Source of the DNA: Patescibacteria group bacterium | GTDB lineage: Bacteria > Patescibacteriota > Minisyncoccia > Portnoybacterales > UBA2143 | Assembly: GCA_018830295.1 (NCBI GenBank) | Contig: JAHJSM010000001.1 | Coordinates: 257,980-321,979 of the forward strand | Direction: 5' to 3' | Length of the DNA stretch: 64,000 bases | Shown here: positions 1-9,033 of the stretch, piece after piece | How the letters are laid out: every line of letters starts with the position of its first letter | How positions within the stretch are numbered: the stretch's first letter is position 1 | The notes under the pieces: model-generated | Database searches by the model: none | What the model saw: only the letters and a program-made list of their open reading frames with translations | Told to the model about the DNA's origin: nothing | Translations under genes and position numbers: made by a program

Positions 1-14
1 TTGTTTTTTTTGGT

Positions 15-551
15 TTAATAAACCTCTGCTGAATTAAAAGGCCACGCCCTAATCCACGCCCTGCCAATAATATTATCCTCCGGCAAAGCCCCCCATCTTC
101 GCGAATCTGAACTGGCTTGCCTATTATCGCCCAAAACAAAATATTCGTCTTCTCCTAATTTAATTTTTGTATTGCCCGAGGTAATTCTGTCCTTAGGTAA
201 ATACAACGACTCATCCAAAACCATCCCATCTGGAAAACTTTGATTGTAAATAAAAACCAGACCGTCCTTAATCTCAACTGTTTCGCCTGGCAATCCGACA
301 ATTCTTTTAATATAATACTGCGATGGATTAAGCGGATATTTAAAAACGACTACCTCGCTCCTTTGCGGCTCGCCAAGACGATAACCAATTTCGTTAATAA
401 TTAAATAATTCCCATTGCTAAAATTCGGCTCCATAGAAGCCCCATAAACAAAAAACGGCTGAATTAAATAATAGCGAACTGGAACAATGATCGCCAAGGA
501 AATAACCACGATTTTAACAATCTCCCATGCAAAAACAAACAATTTTCTCAT
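15..551 (-). CDS. lepB: signal peptidase I
   Basis: 178-aa ORF with N-terminal TM helix, catalytic Ser in 'GASMEP' and 'GDNRQASSDSR' box typical of S26 SPase I. Confidence 0.85.
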   Translation of the reverse strand: MRKLFVFAWEIVKIVVISLAIIVPVRYYLIQPFFVYGASMEPNFSNGNYLIINEIGYRLGEPQRSEVVVFKYPLNPSQYYIKRIVGLPGETVEIKDGLVFIYNQSFPDGMVLDESLYLPKDRITSGNTKIKLGEDEYFVLGDNRQASSDSRRWGALPEDNIIGRAWIRAWPFNSAEVY

Positions 552-618
552 ATAGGGACAATTTTAACTTATTTCACAAAAAAAATCAAATCTGATATAC
601 TTAATTTAACCTTAATCC

Positions 619-1713
619 ATGAACAACCATCTTAAACAAATCAACCGACTTATTAAAAAGGATTTATTTGACGAGCGGATTAAGAAACAAAGACAAGAGA
701 AAAAAAATAAAAAACGAAATATTGTCGTCTTTTCCGCGTTTATCCTAATCGCTCTTTTCCTTTCCGCGCTTTCTTGGCAAATATTGGACGCCTCTTACGC
801 GACGAACGAGACAAAAAAAGAAATTAGCCAAAACAAACCAACCCAAACAATAAAATCTATTTTGCCCTCGCAGGTTTTTAAAAAAGAAAAACCGGAAATA
901 AACATTTTAGCGTTAGGCAGACCGGGAGATGGTTATTCCGGTGGCAATTTAACGGATACAATTATCTTAATCCATCTCAAACAAAACGAGGAATCCGACA
1001 GCGGACAAAAAGCGTTTTTAATTTCTCTTCCGCGCGACTTGTTGGTCCAAATCCCTAATAGAGGCGGATTGACCAAAATAAACGCGCTTTATAGTTTGGT
1101 CGGGATTGAATGGCTCAAAGAAAAAATTTACGAGATTACGGGACTGGCGGTTGACCATCATATTATCGTTGACCTGGCCGTCGTTGAAGAAGTAATTTCA
1201 TTAGTTGACGGATTAAATGTTTTCGTCGAGCAAGACATCAACGACCCGTATTTCCCCGGTCCTAATTACTCATATCAAACATTCAACCTCTCTGCCGGCT
1301 GGAGATATTTGAACGGCGCGACGGCCTTGAGATATATTCGCACCCGCTATACTTCGCCCAACGGCGACTTTGACCGAATGTCCCGCCAACAGCAAGTCAT
1401 TCAACTCCTCAAACAAAAAGTCCTCGCTCTTAATCCCCTTTGGGATTTCCCAACTTATGTTAAGATATTCAGTAGTTTGCAGAGCCATATTGAAACCGAC
1501 TTGGGAATTATGGAAATGAAATCATTTTGGCAAACAGCCCAAAAAATCGGCTCGGACAATATTTCCAGCATCGTCATAGATAAAAAAGAAACAGGTCTTC
1601 TGATTGGCGGGCAAGTCCCCCTCGGACAATACACCGCCTCCGTCGTCTATCCAAAGGCGGGACAGGAAAATTATGATGAAATAAAAAATTTCATCAAACA
1701 AACAATAGAATAA
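619..1713 (+). CDS. LytR-CpsA-Psr (LCP) family protein
   Basis: 364-aa ORF with N-terminal TM anchor and LCP core motifs ('LISLPRDLLVQIP', 'KINALYS', 'GDFDRMSRQQQV'). Confidence 0.8.
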   Translation: MNNHLKQINRLIKKDLFDERIKKQRQEKKNKKRNIVVFSAFILIALFLSALSWQILDASYATNETKKEISQNKPTQTIKSILPSQVFKKEKPEINILALGRPGDGYSGGNLTDTIILIHLKQNEESDSGQKAFLISLPRDLLVQIPNRGGLTKINALYSLVGIEWLKEKIYEITGLAVDHHIIVDLAVVEEVISLVDGLNVFVEQDINDPYFPGPNYSYQTFNLSAGWRYLNGATALRYIRTRYTSPNGDFDRMSRQQQVIQLLKQKVLALNPLWDFPTYVKIFSSLQSHIETDLGIMEMKSFWQTAQKIGSDNISSIVIDKKETGLLIGGQVPLGQYTASVVYPKAGQENYDEIKNFIKQTIE

Positions 1714-1751
1714 GTTTGGGGACTGTCCCCTCTTGGGGACAGTCCCCAAAC
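1714..1751. repeat. perfect 17-bp-stem hairpin GTTTGGGGACTGTCCCC-TCTT-GGGGACAGTCCCCAAAC; member of the GGGAC(A/T)GTCCC palindromic element family
   Basis: Read directly; starts at the first base after the LCP stop codon, 18 nt upstream of the pth start; no T-run follows. Confidence 0.8.
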
Positions 1752-1768
1752 TAACAAACTAAATTTTT

Positions 1769-2299
1769 ATGAAACTTATAGTCGGTCTCGGCAACCCAGG
1801 CATACAATATGAAAAAACCCGCCATAATTTTGGATGGCGGGCTGTTGATGTATTGGCGCGGGAAATGGAAGCAAGTAGTTGGAAAATAGATCTTCGGTTT
1901 AACGCTTTTGTCGCGGAATGTTTTTTGAACGGCGAAAAAATCATTTTTGCCAAACCGCAAACTTTTATGAATAACTCCGGCATCGCCGTCAAATCAATCG
2001 CCGACTATTACAAAATCTTAACAGAAGAAATTTTAATTATCCATGACGAAATTGATTTGCCTTTAGGCGAAGCGAAAATCCAAAAAAACAGAGGCGCCGC
2101 TGGACACAACGGTATCAAGTCGGTTATTGAAAAATTAAAATCAAAAGATTTCATCAGAATGCGCCTCGGCATCAAATCCGACGAACAGAAAAATTTAAAA
2201 ACAGAAGAATTTGTTCTTCAAAATTTTACCGACAAAGAGGAAAAAATTGTCCAAAAGACAATAAAAAAGGCCATCCAGATTATAAGGACAGCCTTTTAG
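1769..2299 (+). CDS. pth: peptidyl-tRNA hydrolase
   Basis: 176 aa; 'GLGNPG..Y..TRHNFG' N-terminus and His active-site context typical of Pth. Confidence 0.9.
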   Translation: MKLIVGLGNPGIQYEKTRHNFGWRAVDVLAREMEASSWKIDLRFNAFVAECFLNGEKIIFAKPQTFMNNSGIAVKSIADYYKILTEEILIIHDEIDLPLGEAKIQKNRGAAGHNGIKSVIEKLKSKDFIRMRLGIKSDEQKNLKTEEFVLQNFTDKEEKIVQKTIKKAIQIIRTAF

Positions 2300-2314
2300 G
2301 TTTTTCACAAAAAT

Positions 2315-2554
2315 TCAACCTTCTTTGCGATTTGCTATAAATATAGCAATCGCGATGATTCCGAATCCAATCAGGGAATAATATGTTCCCTTGATCAAAT
2401 TATCGGAATCTGCTTTTATTCCTATGTCTATGTCTATGAAATTATTCTCCATTCCGCCGACGCTTCCAAAAACCAAAAACGCGCCGACTATTACAAGAAT
2501 AACCACAAAAGTGTTTAACATTTCTCTTGTTGTTCTCTTTTCTCTTTTCATCAT
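2315..2554 (-). CDS. small hypothetical membrane protein
   Basis: 79-aa ORF with two hydrophobic helices; no recognisable family. Confidence 0.35.
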   Translation of the reverse strand: MMKREKRTTREMLNTFVVILVIVGAFLVFGSVGGMENNFIDIDIGIKADSDNLIKGTYYSLIGFGIIAIAIFIANRKEG

Positions 2555-2592
2555 AACAACCCCCTTGTTAAAGTTGAAAAAAATTATAATTT

Positions 2593-2723
2593 AGTATTCG
2601 CAGACCTGCCAAGGAGCGCCAGAAACTAACTTGCAAAAGCAAACCGTCTCTGAACTCTGGCCTAACTGAACGGTAGGAGGGATTGTTCAGCCGTGGCCGC
2701 TCCCCAGACAGGTCCGCGAATAC
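2593..2723. ncRNA. candidate structured ncRNA, GC-rich island closed by a 16-bp terminal helix; family unknown
   Basis: 5' AGTATTCGCAGACCTG pairs with 3' CAGGTCCGCGAATACT (15/16); inner helix GGAGCGCC/GGCCGCTCC; two CTGAAC copies versus one GTTCAG allow alternative pairings; lies in a divergent intergenic region. Confidence 0.35.
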
Positions 2724-2768
2724 TAAAGATTTTAAGGAACTATATTTAACTGTCCACATTATAACAGA

Positions 2769-3659
2769 ATGAATAAATTTGTCAAGCCCCACGCAAAATA
2801 TTACAACGCTTTTAATCTTATTGGCGGAATTGGGCCTATATCTTTCAAAAAACTGTTGGGCTATTTTAAAACAATAGAAAACGCTTGGCAAGCCGAAACA
2901 GGCGAATTTGCAAAAGCCGGGATAGGCAAATCAGCTATTGAAAATATCCGCGCGAAAAGGTCTCAAATTAATCTTGATTTTGAAATGGAAAGATTAAGTA
3001 GGGAAGGGGTTGACCTCGTCACCATCCAAGACAAAAATTATCCGAAACTACTTAAAGAAATATACGCCCCACCCGCTATGCTTTATGTTAGAGGGAAAAT
3101 CTCGTCTGAAAACAATTTGGGGTTGGGTGTTGTCGGCTCAAGAAATGTTTCTCTTTACGGAAAACAAATAACACCCCTTCTCACCGCCGAGTTAGCCCAA
3201 GCGGGATTAACTATTATCAGCGGATTGGCAAAAGGCGTAGATACATTAGCTCATCAAGCGGCGCTTAAAGTCGGCGGAAATACGATCGCCGTTTTAGGTT
3301 GCGGAGTTGACTATAAGAGTATTTACCCGTATTGTAATCGTGACTTGGCAGAAAAGATAATTCAAAGCGGAGGCGCTGTCATTAGCGAATTTCCTCTTGA
3401 AACCCAACCACTCCCTCAATACTTCCCCCAACGCAATCGCATTATTTCCGGATTAAGCAAGGGCGTTTTGGTTATTGAAGCCGCGGAAAGAAGCGGCGCT
3501 TTGATTACGGCCAGAGACGCTTTAGAACAAAACCGAGATGTTTTCGCTTTACCCGGACCAATTTTCTCCGTCAATTCTTTCGGTCCGAATAATTTAATAA
3601 AGATGGGCGCTAAACTAATTAGCCAAGCCGACGACATTCTCCAAGAATTTAATTTATGA
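2769..3659 (+). CDS. dprA: DNA processing protein DprA/Smf
   Basis: 296 aa; Rossmann-like DprA core ('GVVGSRN.S.YG', 'GLAKGVDTLAHQAAL', 'RNRIISGLS.GVLVIEA..SGALITA'). Confidence 0.85.
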   Translation: MNKFVKPHAKYYNAFNLIGGIGPISFKKLLGYFKTIENAWQAETGEFAKAGIGKSAIENIRAKRSQINLDFEMERLSREGVDLVTIQDKNYPKLLKEIYAPPAMLYVRGKISSENNLGLGVVGSRNVSLYGKQITPLLTAELAQAGLTIISGLAKGVDTLAHQAALKVGGNTIAVLGCGVDYKSIYPYCNRDLAEKIIQSGGAVISEFPLETQPLPQYFPQRNRIISGLSKGVLVIEAAERSGALITARDALEQNRDVFALPGPIFSVNSFGPNNLIKMGAKLISQADDILQEFNL

Positions 3660-5689
3660 AACTAATTATCGTAGAAAGCCCTACAAAGGCAAAAATAATT
3701 TCCAAGTTTTTAGGCAAAAACTACAAGGTCTTGTCTTCTTTTGGGCATCTCCGCGATTTGCCTAAATCAGAACTTGGCATAGACACAGAAAAAAATTTCG
3801 CGCCCAAATATATTATTCCCGTCAAAGCGCGAAAGGCGGCTAACGAATTAAAAAAAGCCGCCAAAGAAGCAGATTTAATCATTCTTGCGACTGACGAAGA
3901 CCGCGAAGGAGAAGCCATCGCTTGGCATATTCTCCAAATTTTTGAAACCGCCAAACCCAAGGCGCATCAAAGAATTGTTTTTCACGAAATAACGGAAAAA
4001 GCGATTAAGGAATCGTTGGAAAATCCGAGAGAAATTGATATTAATTTAGTCAACGCCCAACAGGCGCGGCGAATTTTAGACCGCCTCGTCGGATACGAAC
4101 TCTCGCCGTTTTTGTGGAAAAAAGTAGTCAAAGGATTGTCAGCTGGAAGAGTCCAGTCAGTCGCCGTCCGCCTCATTGTTGACCGCGAAAGGGAAATAAA
4201 AGCGTTCAAACCGGAAGAATACTGGAGCGTTGAAGCGGAATTAAAAAAGCGCGATAACCCCAATCAATTCATCGCGCATCTTATCAAAACGGGCGATAAA
4301 AAAATTCCCAAAATGGGAATAAAAAATAAAGAAGAAGCGGACGCGATTTTAAAAAACCTTGATGGAGCCGAATACAAAATCGCCGCCGTGGAACGCAAGG
4401 AATTAAAAAAACATCCCATGCCGCCATACAAAACGAGCGTCCTCCAACAAGACGCGGCGCGCAAACTTGGCTTTTCCGCCAAACAAACAATGCGAATCGC
4501 CCAACAACTATACGAAAACGGTCACATCACCTATCATAGAACCGATTCGTTTAATATCGCCGCCGAAGCGCTCGCCTCTGCGCGCGAATTTATTAAAAAC
4601 AAACTCGGCGCGAAATATCTTCCAGACGCTCCCAAATTTTACAAAACAAATAAAAAAGGCGCGCAAGAAGCGCATGAAGCAATCCGCCCAACCCATCCAA
4701 AATATGAACCGTCCGAAATTAAGCAATATCTCAATCCGACCCAATACAAATTATATAATTTAATTTGGCAAAGATTTATCGCCAGCCAAATGAATCCCGC
4801 TATTTTGGATTCCGTCTCCGTTGATATTTTAGCGGAAAAAACAAAAGGCGTCCCACATACATTCCGAGCCAACGGTTCAACAATTAAATTTGACGGCTTT
4901 TTAAGAATTTGCCCGATGAAATTTAAAGAGAATGTTCTGCCCCCGCTCACGAAAGACGAACTCTTGAAATTAATTAAACTCATTCCTTCCCAACATTTCA
5001 CCCTCCCGCCCGCCAGATACAACGACGCCTCGCTTATTAAAATTTTGGAAGAATACGACATCGGCCGCCCCTCAACTTACGCGCCGACTATTAGCACAAT
5101 TCAAGACCGCGGCTATGTTAAAAAAGATGAGCAAAAAAGATTTATCCCCGCGGAAATCGGCTTTATCGTCATAGATCTGCTCAAGGAAAACTTTTCCCAA
5201 ATTGTTGATGTTGAATTTACCGCCAAAGTGGAAAACGATTTAGATAAAATAGCCGAAGGCAAACAAGAATGGCAAACGGTTATTAAAGAATTTTACGAAC
5301 CGTTCCATAAAAACCTGCTCAAAAAATATGACGAAGTAGAAAAGAAAATTCTTGATAAACCAACCGAAAAAAAATGCCCCGAATGCGGCAGCCCGATCGT
5401 AATTAAATTAGGAAGGTTCGGCGAGTTTTACGCCTGCTCCGCCTTCCCTAAATGCAAGCACGCCGCGCCAATTATCGTGCCAACCGGCGTCAAATGCCCT
5501 GAATGCGGAAAAGGCGACATCATTGAAAGAAAAACAAGAAGAGGAAAAACATTCTACTCCTGCTCTCAATACCCCAAATGCAAATTCGCCCTCTGGGACA
5601 AACCCACCGGCGAAAAATGCCCCGAATGCGGCGCCCTCATGGTAGAAAAAGGAAAAGCAATTAAATGTTCTAATAAAGAATGTAAATAG
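3656..5689 (+). CDS. topA: DNA topoisomerase I with C-terminal zinc ribbons
   Basis: 677 aa; TOPRIM N-terminus, active-site region 'GHITYHRTDS', three CPECG zinc-ribbon motifs at the C-terminus; 4-nt overlap with dprA. Confidence 0.9.
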   Translation: MKLIIVESPTKAKIISKFLGKNYKVLSSFGHLRDLPKSELGIDTEKNFAPKYIIPVKARKAANELKKAAKEADLIILATDEDREGEAIAWHILQIFETAKPKAHQRIVFHEITEKAIKESLENPREIDINLVNAQQARRILDRLVGYELSPFLWKKVVKGLSAGRVQSVAVRLIVDREREIKAFKPEEYWSVEAELKKRDNPNQFIAHLIKTGDKKIPKMGIKNKEEADAILKNLDGAEYKIAAVERKELKKHPMPPYKTSVLQQDAARKLGFSAKQTMRIAQQLYENGHITYHRTDSFNIAAEALASAREFIKNKLGAKYLPDAPKFYKTNKKGAQEAHEAIRPTHPKYEPSEIKQYLNPTQYKLYNLIWQRFIASQMNPAILDSVSVDILAEKTKGVPHTFRANGSTIKFDGFLRICPMKFKENVLPPLTKDELLKLIKLIPSQHFTLPPARYNDASLIKILEEYDIGRPSTYAPTISTIQDRGYVKKDEQKRFIPAEIGFIVIDLLKENFSQIVDVEFTAKVENDLDKIAEGKQEWQTVIKEFYEPFHKNLLKKYDEVEKKILDKPTEKKCPECGSPIVIKLGRFGEFYACSAFPKCKHAAPIIVPTGVKCPECGKGDIIERKTRRGKTFYSCSQYPKCKFALWDKPTGEKCPECGALMVEKGKAIKCSNKECK

Positions 5690-5698
5690 AATCAAATT

Positions 5699-7183
5699 AT
5701 GGCTGATATTCAGCAAATTATTGAACAATTTAAGAAAGATAATCCATTAGAGGACTCTGATGTTATTTTGAGGGCCTACCATTTTGCCGCGGAAGCGCAT
5801 CGGGGACAGAAAAGAAAATCAGGGGACGATTATATCACCCACTGTCTCGGCGCGGCTGAAACGCTCGTTCGCTTAAGAATGGATTCAGAGACCATCGCCG
5901 CTGGATTGCTTCATGATGTTTTGGATGATACAAAGGTCACGCCAAAACAAATGGAAAAAGAATTTGGCGCGAATATTTTGAAATTGGTCAACGGGGTCTG
6001 TAAAATTGGGAAACTTAAATATCGGGGCGAGGAAAGAGCGGCGGAAAATTTAAGAAAATTGTTTTTAGCGATGGCAGAAGACATCCGAGTTATTCTGATA
6101 AAATTCGCCGATCGCCTCCATAACATTAAAACGCTTGACGCCTTGCCCGCAGAAAAACAAAAGAGAATCGCTTTAGAAACATTGGAAATTTACGCTCCTT
6201 TAGCTGATCGTTTAGGTATCGGAGAAATTAAAGGACAACTGGAAGATTATTCTTTCGCGTTCATTAATCCAAAAGAGTATCAGGAAATATCAAGTAAAGT
6301 TAAAGGGAAATACGCCGAAAACATCAAATATCTTGAGAAAACAATCCCTCTGATTAAAAAGGTCTTAAGCGAAAAAGGAATTAAGGTTGTTGAAATTCAC
6401 GCGCGCGCGAAACATTATTACAGTTTATATAAAAAACTTTTGAAATATGATATGGATTGGCACAGAGTCTACGACTTAGTCGCCCTGCGAGTGATCGTCC
6501 CCGATATTGAAAGTTGTTACGCGACTCTGGGAATTGTCCATAAAAAATGGCGACCTCTCTTTGGTCGAATTAAGGATTATATCGCTCTTCCAAAATCAAA
6601 CGGATATAAATCTATTCACACAACCATTTTTTGCGACAAGGGGAAAATCACCGAACTTCAAATCCGCACGCCTCAAATGCACGAAGAAGCGGAATATGGT
6701 ATCGCCGCCCACTGGCATTACAAAGAAAATAAGGGCCTGCTTAAAACATACATCCAGCAAAAAATTCTCAAGCAGGCGCCAAAAAAAAGAGCGATCAAAA
6801 TGGCTGAAGAACTTGTTTGGGTAAAGCAGTTGCGAGAATGGCAAAAAGAAAAATTTTCTTCGCCGCGGGAATTTTTTGACTCGCTCAAAATTGATTTTCT
6901 CAAGGACCGAATTTTCGTCTTTACGCCCAAGGGCGATGTTATTGATTTGCCCGAAGGAGCCACTTCCATAGATTTCGCCTATCAAATCCATACTGACATT
7001 GGCCATCAATGTGTCGGCGTTAAAGTTGACGGGAAATTATGCCCGCTTTCCGAACCATTAAGAAACGGACAAATGGTTGATGTTATGACCCAAAAAAACA
7101 AAAAACCAAGCCGGGACTGGCTGAGATTTGTTAAGACCAACCAAGCGAAAAGCAGTATCAACGCCTGGTATCGTAAGAATTAA
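5699..7183 (+). CDS. rel: short RelA/SpoT-homologue (HD hydrolase + synthetase + TGS; no C-terminal ZFD/ACT region)
   Basis: 494 aa; HD motif 'HRGQKRKSGDDYITH', synthetase motif 'DYIALPKSNGYKSIHTTI', TGS 'VFTPKGDVIDLPEGATSIDFAY'; ORF ends about 40 aa after the TGS domain. Confidence 0.85.
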   Translation: MADIQQIIEQFKKDNPLEDSDVILRAYHFAAEAHRGQKRKSGDDYITHCLGAAETLVRLRMDSETIAAGLLHDVLDDTKVTPKQMEKEFGANILKLVNGVCKIGKLKYRGEERAAENLRKLFLAMAEDIRVILIKFADRLHNIKTLDALPAEKQKRIALETLEIYAPLADRLGIGEIKGQLEDYSFAFINPKEYQEISSKVKGKYAENIKYLEKTIPLIKKVLSEKGIKVVEIHARAKHYYSLYKKLLKYDMDWHRVYDLVALRVIVPDIESCYATLGIVHKKWRPLFGRIKDYIALPKSNGYKSIHTTIFCDKGKITELQIRTPQMHEEAEYGIAAHWHYKENKGLLKTYIQQKILKQAPKKRAIKMAEELVWVKQLREWQKEKFSSPREFFDSLKIDFLKDRIFVFTPKGDVIDLPEGATSIDFAYQIHTDIGHQCVGVKVDGKLCPLSEPLRNGQMVDVMTQKNKKPSRDWLRFVKTNQAKSSINAWYRKN

Positions 7184-7192
7184 CAACTAACC

Positions 7193-8104
7193 CTACATCT
7201 TCACCAGATGGTCTCTCAACTTTTTCAGTTCCTTATCCCCCGCAAACTCAATACTCATATGGCCTACTTCCCCTCTTTGCGTAACGCTTACCCGGCGTCC
7301 CCAATTATCAGCAACCTCTTTTTCTATCTTCTTAAAAAACGGATTTTTAGGACCGTGACCAGTCGCAAACTTATTCGGAACCGCGAACTTTCTCGCTTTA
7401 TCTTCAATCACTCGAACGCCCCAGTCATGCTTCATCATTTCTCTAAAAAGGGGCAAGCGAGCCGACGGCTCGGCCAGCAAAAGCGCTCTTGCCCGCCCTT
7501 CTTTGGTTTTGCCGGAGGAAAGCGCGTCTTGAACTTCTTGTGGCAGAGTTAAAAGTCGGAGAAAGTTAGTAACACTCGTTCTCTGACGCCCCACCTTTTC
7601 CGCTATCTCATGATGTTTCATACCAAAATCATCCTGAAATTGCTTAAAAGCAATCGCCATTTCAATCGGATTGAGATTTTCTCTTTGAATATTTTCAACC
7701 AAAGCGATTTCCAGTTTTTGGCGCGCGGCGCTGTCGCGAATTACAACAGGAACGCTGGGCAAGCCCGCCATTTGGGCGGCGCGCCACCTTCTTTCCCCCG
7801 CTATTAATTCGTATTCTACTTTACGGCCTCTGCTTGTCGTTTTCTCAACTTTGGTGACTATCAACGGCTGAAGAATACCATGTTCTCTAATTGAATCAGC
7901 TAATTCTTTTAGCGGCTTTTCAGCAAAATCGCGTCTTGGCTGAAGAGGATTAGGACGGATTTTGTCCGTCTCCACATTAAAAATACTTTCCCTTTTTTGC
8001 TTCGCCCAGCCCGCTCTCTGCATCCGGCTTGAAGCCAAGTCGGTAATTTTTTGTTGTTTTTTAGGAATAAGCGATTGAAGCCCCCTCCCCAATGTTTTCG
8101 CCAT
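7193..8104 (-). CDS. parB: chromosome partitioning protein ParB/Spo0J
   Basis: 303 aa; ParB box 'ELIAGERRWRAAQMAGL' and HTH; downstream of parA. Confidence 0.85.
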   Translation of the reverse strand: MAKTLGRGLQSLIPKKQQKITDLASSRMQRAGWAKQKRESIFNVETDKIRPNPLQPRRDFAEKPLKELADSIREHGILQPLIVTKVEKTTSRGRKVEYELIAGERRWRAAQMAGLPSVPVVIRDSAARQKLEIALVENIQRENLNPIEMAIAFKQFQDDFGMKHHEIAEKVGRQRTSVTNFLRLLTLPQEVQDALSSGKTKEGRARALLLAEPSARLPLFREMMKHDWGVRVIEDKARKFAVPNKFATGHGPKNPFFKKIEKEVADNWGRRVSVTQRGEVGHMSIEFAGDKELKKLRDHLVKM

Positions 8105-8108
8105 AATT

Positions 8109-8873
8109 TTATTTCTCCAAACTAATTATTTCCTTGGCTAAATTTTGATAGGCCTTGGCGCCCCTGGAATTAGGAGCATATTGAAAAATTGACTGCCCAA
8201 AACTTGGCGCTTCCGCTAATTTGACGCAGCGCGGAATAATTGACTCAAAAACATGGTCATTAAAATTTCTTTCCATCTCTTTGCGGACTTGTCGCGAAAG
8301 GCGGTTGCGGCGGTCATACATCGTCAGTAAAGCGCCTTTTATTTTCAACGGGCTTTCTAAATTCTCCTGAACCAACTCAATCGTTTTAAGTAATTGCCCT
8401 AAACCTTCCAAGGCGTAATACTCACATTGAACAGGAATAATCACCTCGTCAGCCGCGACCAATCCATTGACCGTCAAAAGACCTAAACTTGGCGGGCAGT
8501 CAATCAAAATATAGTCGTAATCAGTCCTAACGCGGCGCAAAACCTCGTAAAGTTTGAACTCCCTGTTGTCCATCCCAACTAAATCTATCGTCGCTCCAGC
8601 CAAATCTGGAGAAGCGGGCAAAACATCATATCCCAAAAGATTGGTCTTGCGAATAACATCTTCCGGCGAAACCTTTCCGATTAAAGCATGATACAAACTG
8701 CTGGAAATTTTTTGCGGATTAATTCCAATTCCTGACGAGGCGTTGGCTTGAGGGTCAATATCAACCAAAAGAACATAACGCCCCAAAGACGCCAAGTATC
8801 CAGCCAAATTTACAGCCGTAGTTGACTTCCCAACCCCGCCTTTTTGATTGACTAAACTTATAATCTTCGCCAT
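8109..8873 (-). CDS. parA: chromosome partitioning ATPase ParA/Soj
   Basis: 254 aa; deviant Walker A 'NQKGGVGKSTTAVNLA'. Confidence 0.9.
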   Translation of the reverse strand: MAKIISLVNQKGGVGKSTTAVNLAGYLASLGRYVLLVDIDPQANASSGIGINPQKISSSLYHALIGKVSPEDVIRKTNLLGYDVLPASPDLAGATIDLVGMDNREFKLYEVLRRVRTDYDYILIDCPPSLGLLTVNGLVAADEVIIPVQCEYYALEGLGQLLKTIELVQENLESPLKIKGALLTMYDRRNRLSRQVRKEMERNFNDHVFESIIPRCVKLAEAPSFGQSIFQYAPNSRGAKAYQNLAKEIISLEK

Positions 8874-8940
8874 TAAATCTATTATACTCTAATCCCTTTT
8901 AATTGACAACAATCTCTTTTTAAGAGAAAATACAAACAAG

Positions 8941-9028
8941 GCCGGTGTGGCGGAATTGGCTATACGCGTGCGACTCAAAATCGTATGAACGAAAGTTCAT
9001 GTGGGTTCAACTCCCACCACCGGCACCA
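8941..9028 (+). tRNA. tRNA-Leu (anticodon CAA), class II with long variable arm, CCA encoded
   Basis: Acceptor GCCGGTG/CACCGGC; D-arm GTGGCGGAATTGGCTATACGC resembles E. coli tRNA-Leu; anticodon stem TGCGA/TCGTA with loop CTCAAAA; variable arm TGAACGAAAGTTCAT; T-arm GTGGG-TTCAACT-CCCAC; ends ACCA. Confidence 0.8.
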
Positions 9029-9033
9029 ACTTT

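Noticed and set aside
1270-1488. Many 60-140-aa ORFs on the opposite strand inside large genes (e.g. 1270-1488, 3416-3637, 3721-3960, 4264-4490, 10443-10814, 25170-25421, 36016-36261)
   Set aside because: They are embedded antisense in well-supported housekeeping CDSs and have low-complexity or biased composition typical of shadow ORFs in AT-rich DNA; there are no start signals.
2593-2723. Identifying the GC-rich element as SRP RNA (ffs) or RNase P RNA
   Set aside because: It has no GGAAGCAGC/GNRA-tetraloop domain-IV signature and no P4 'AGGAAAGTCCGGGC' motif; its length is wrong for RNase P.
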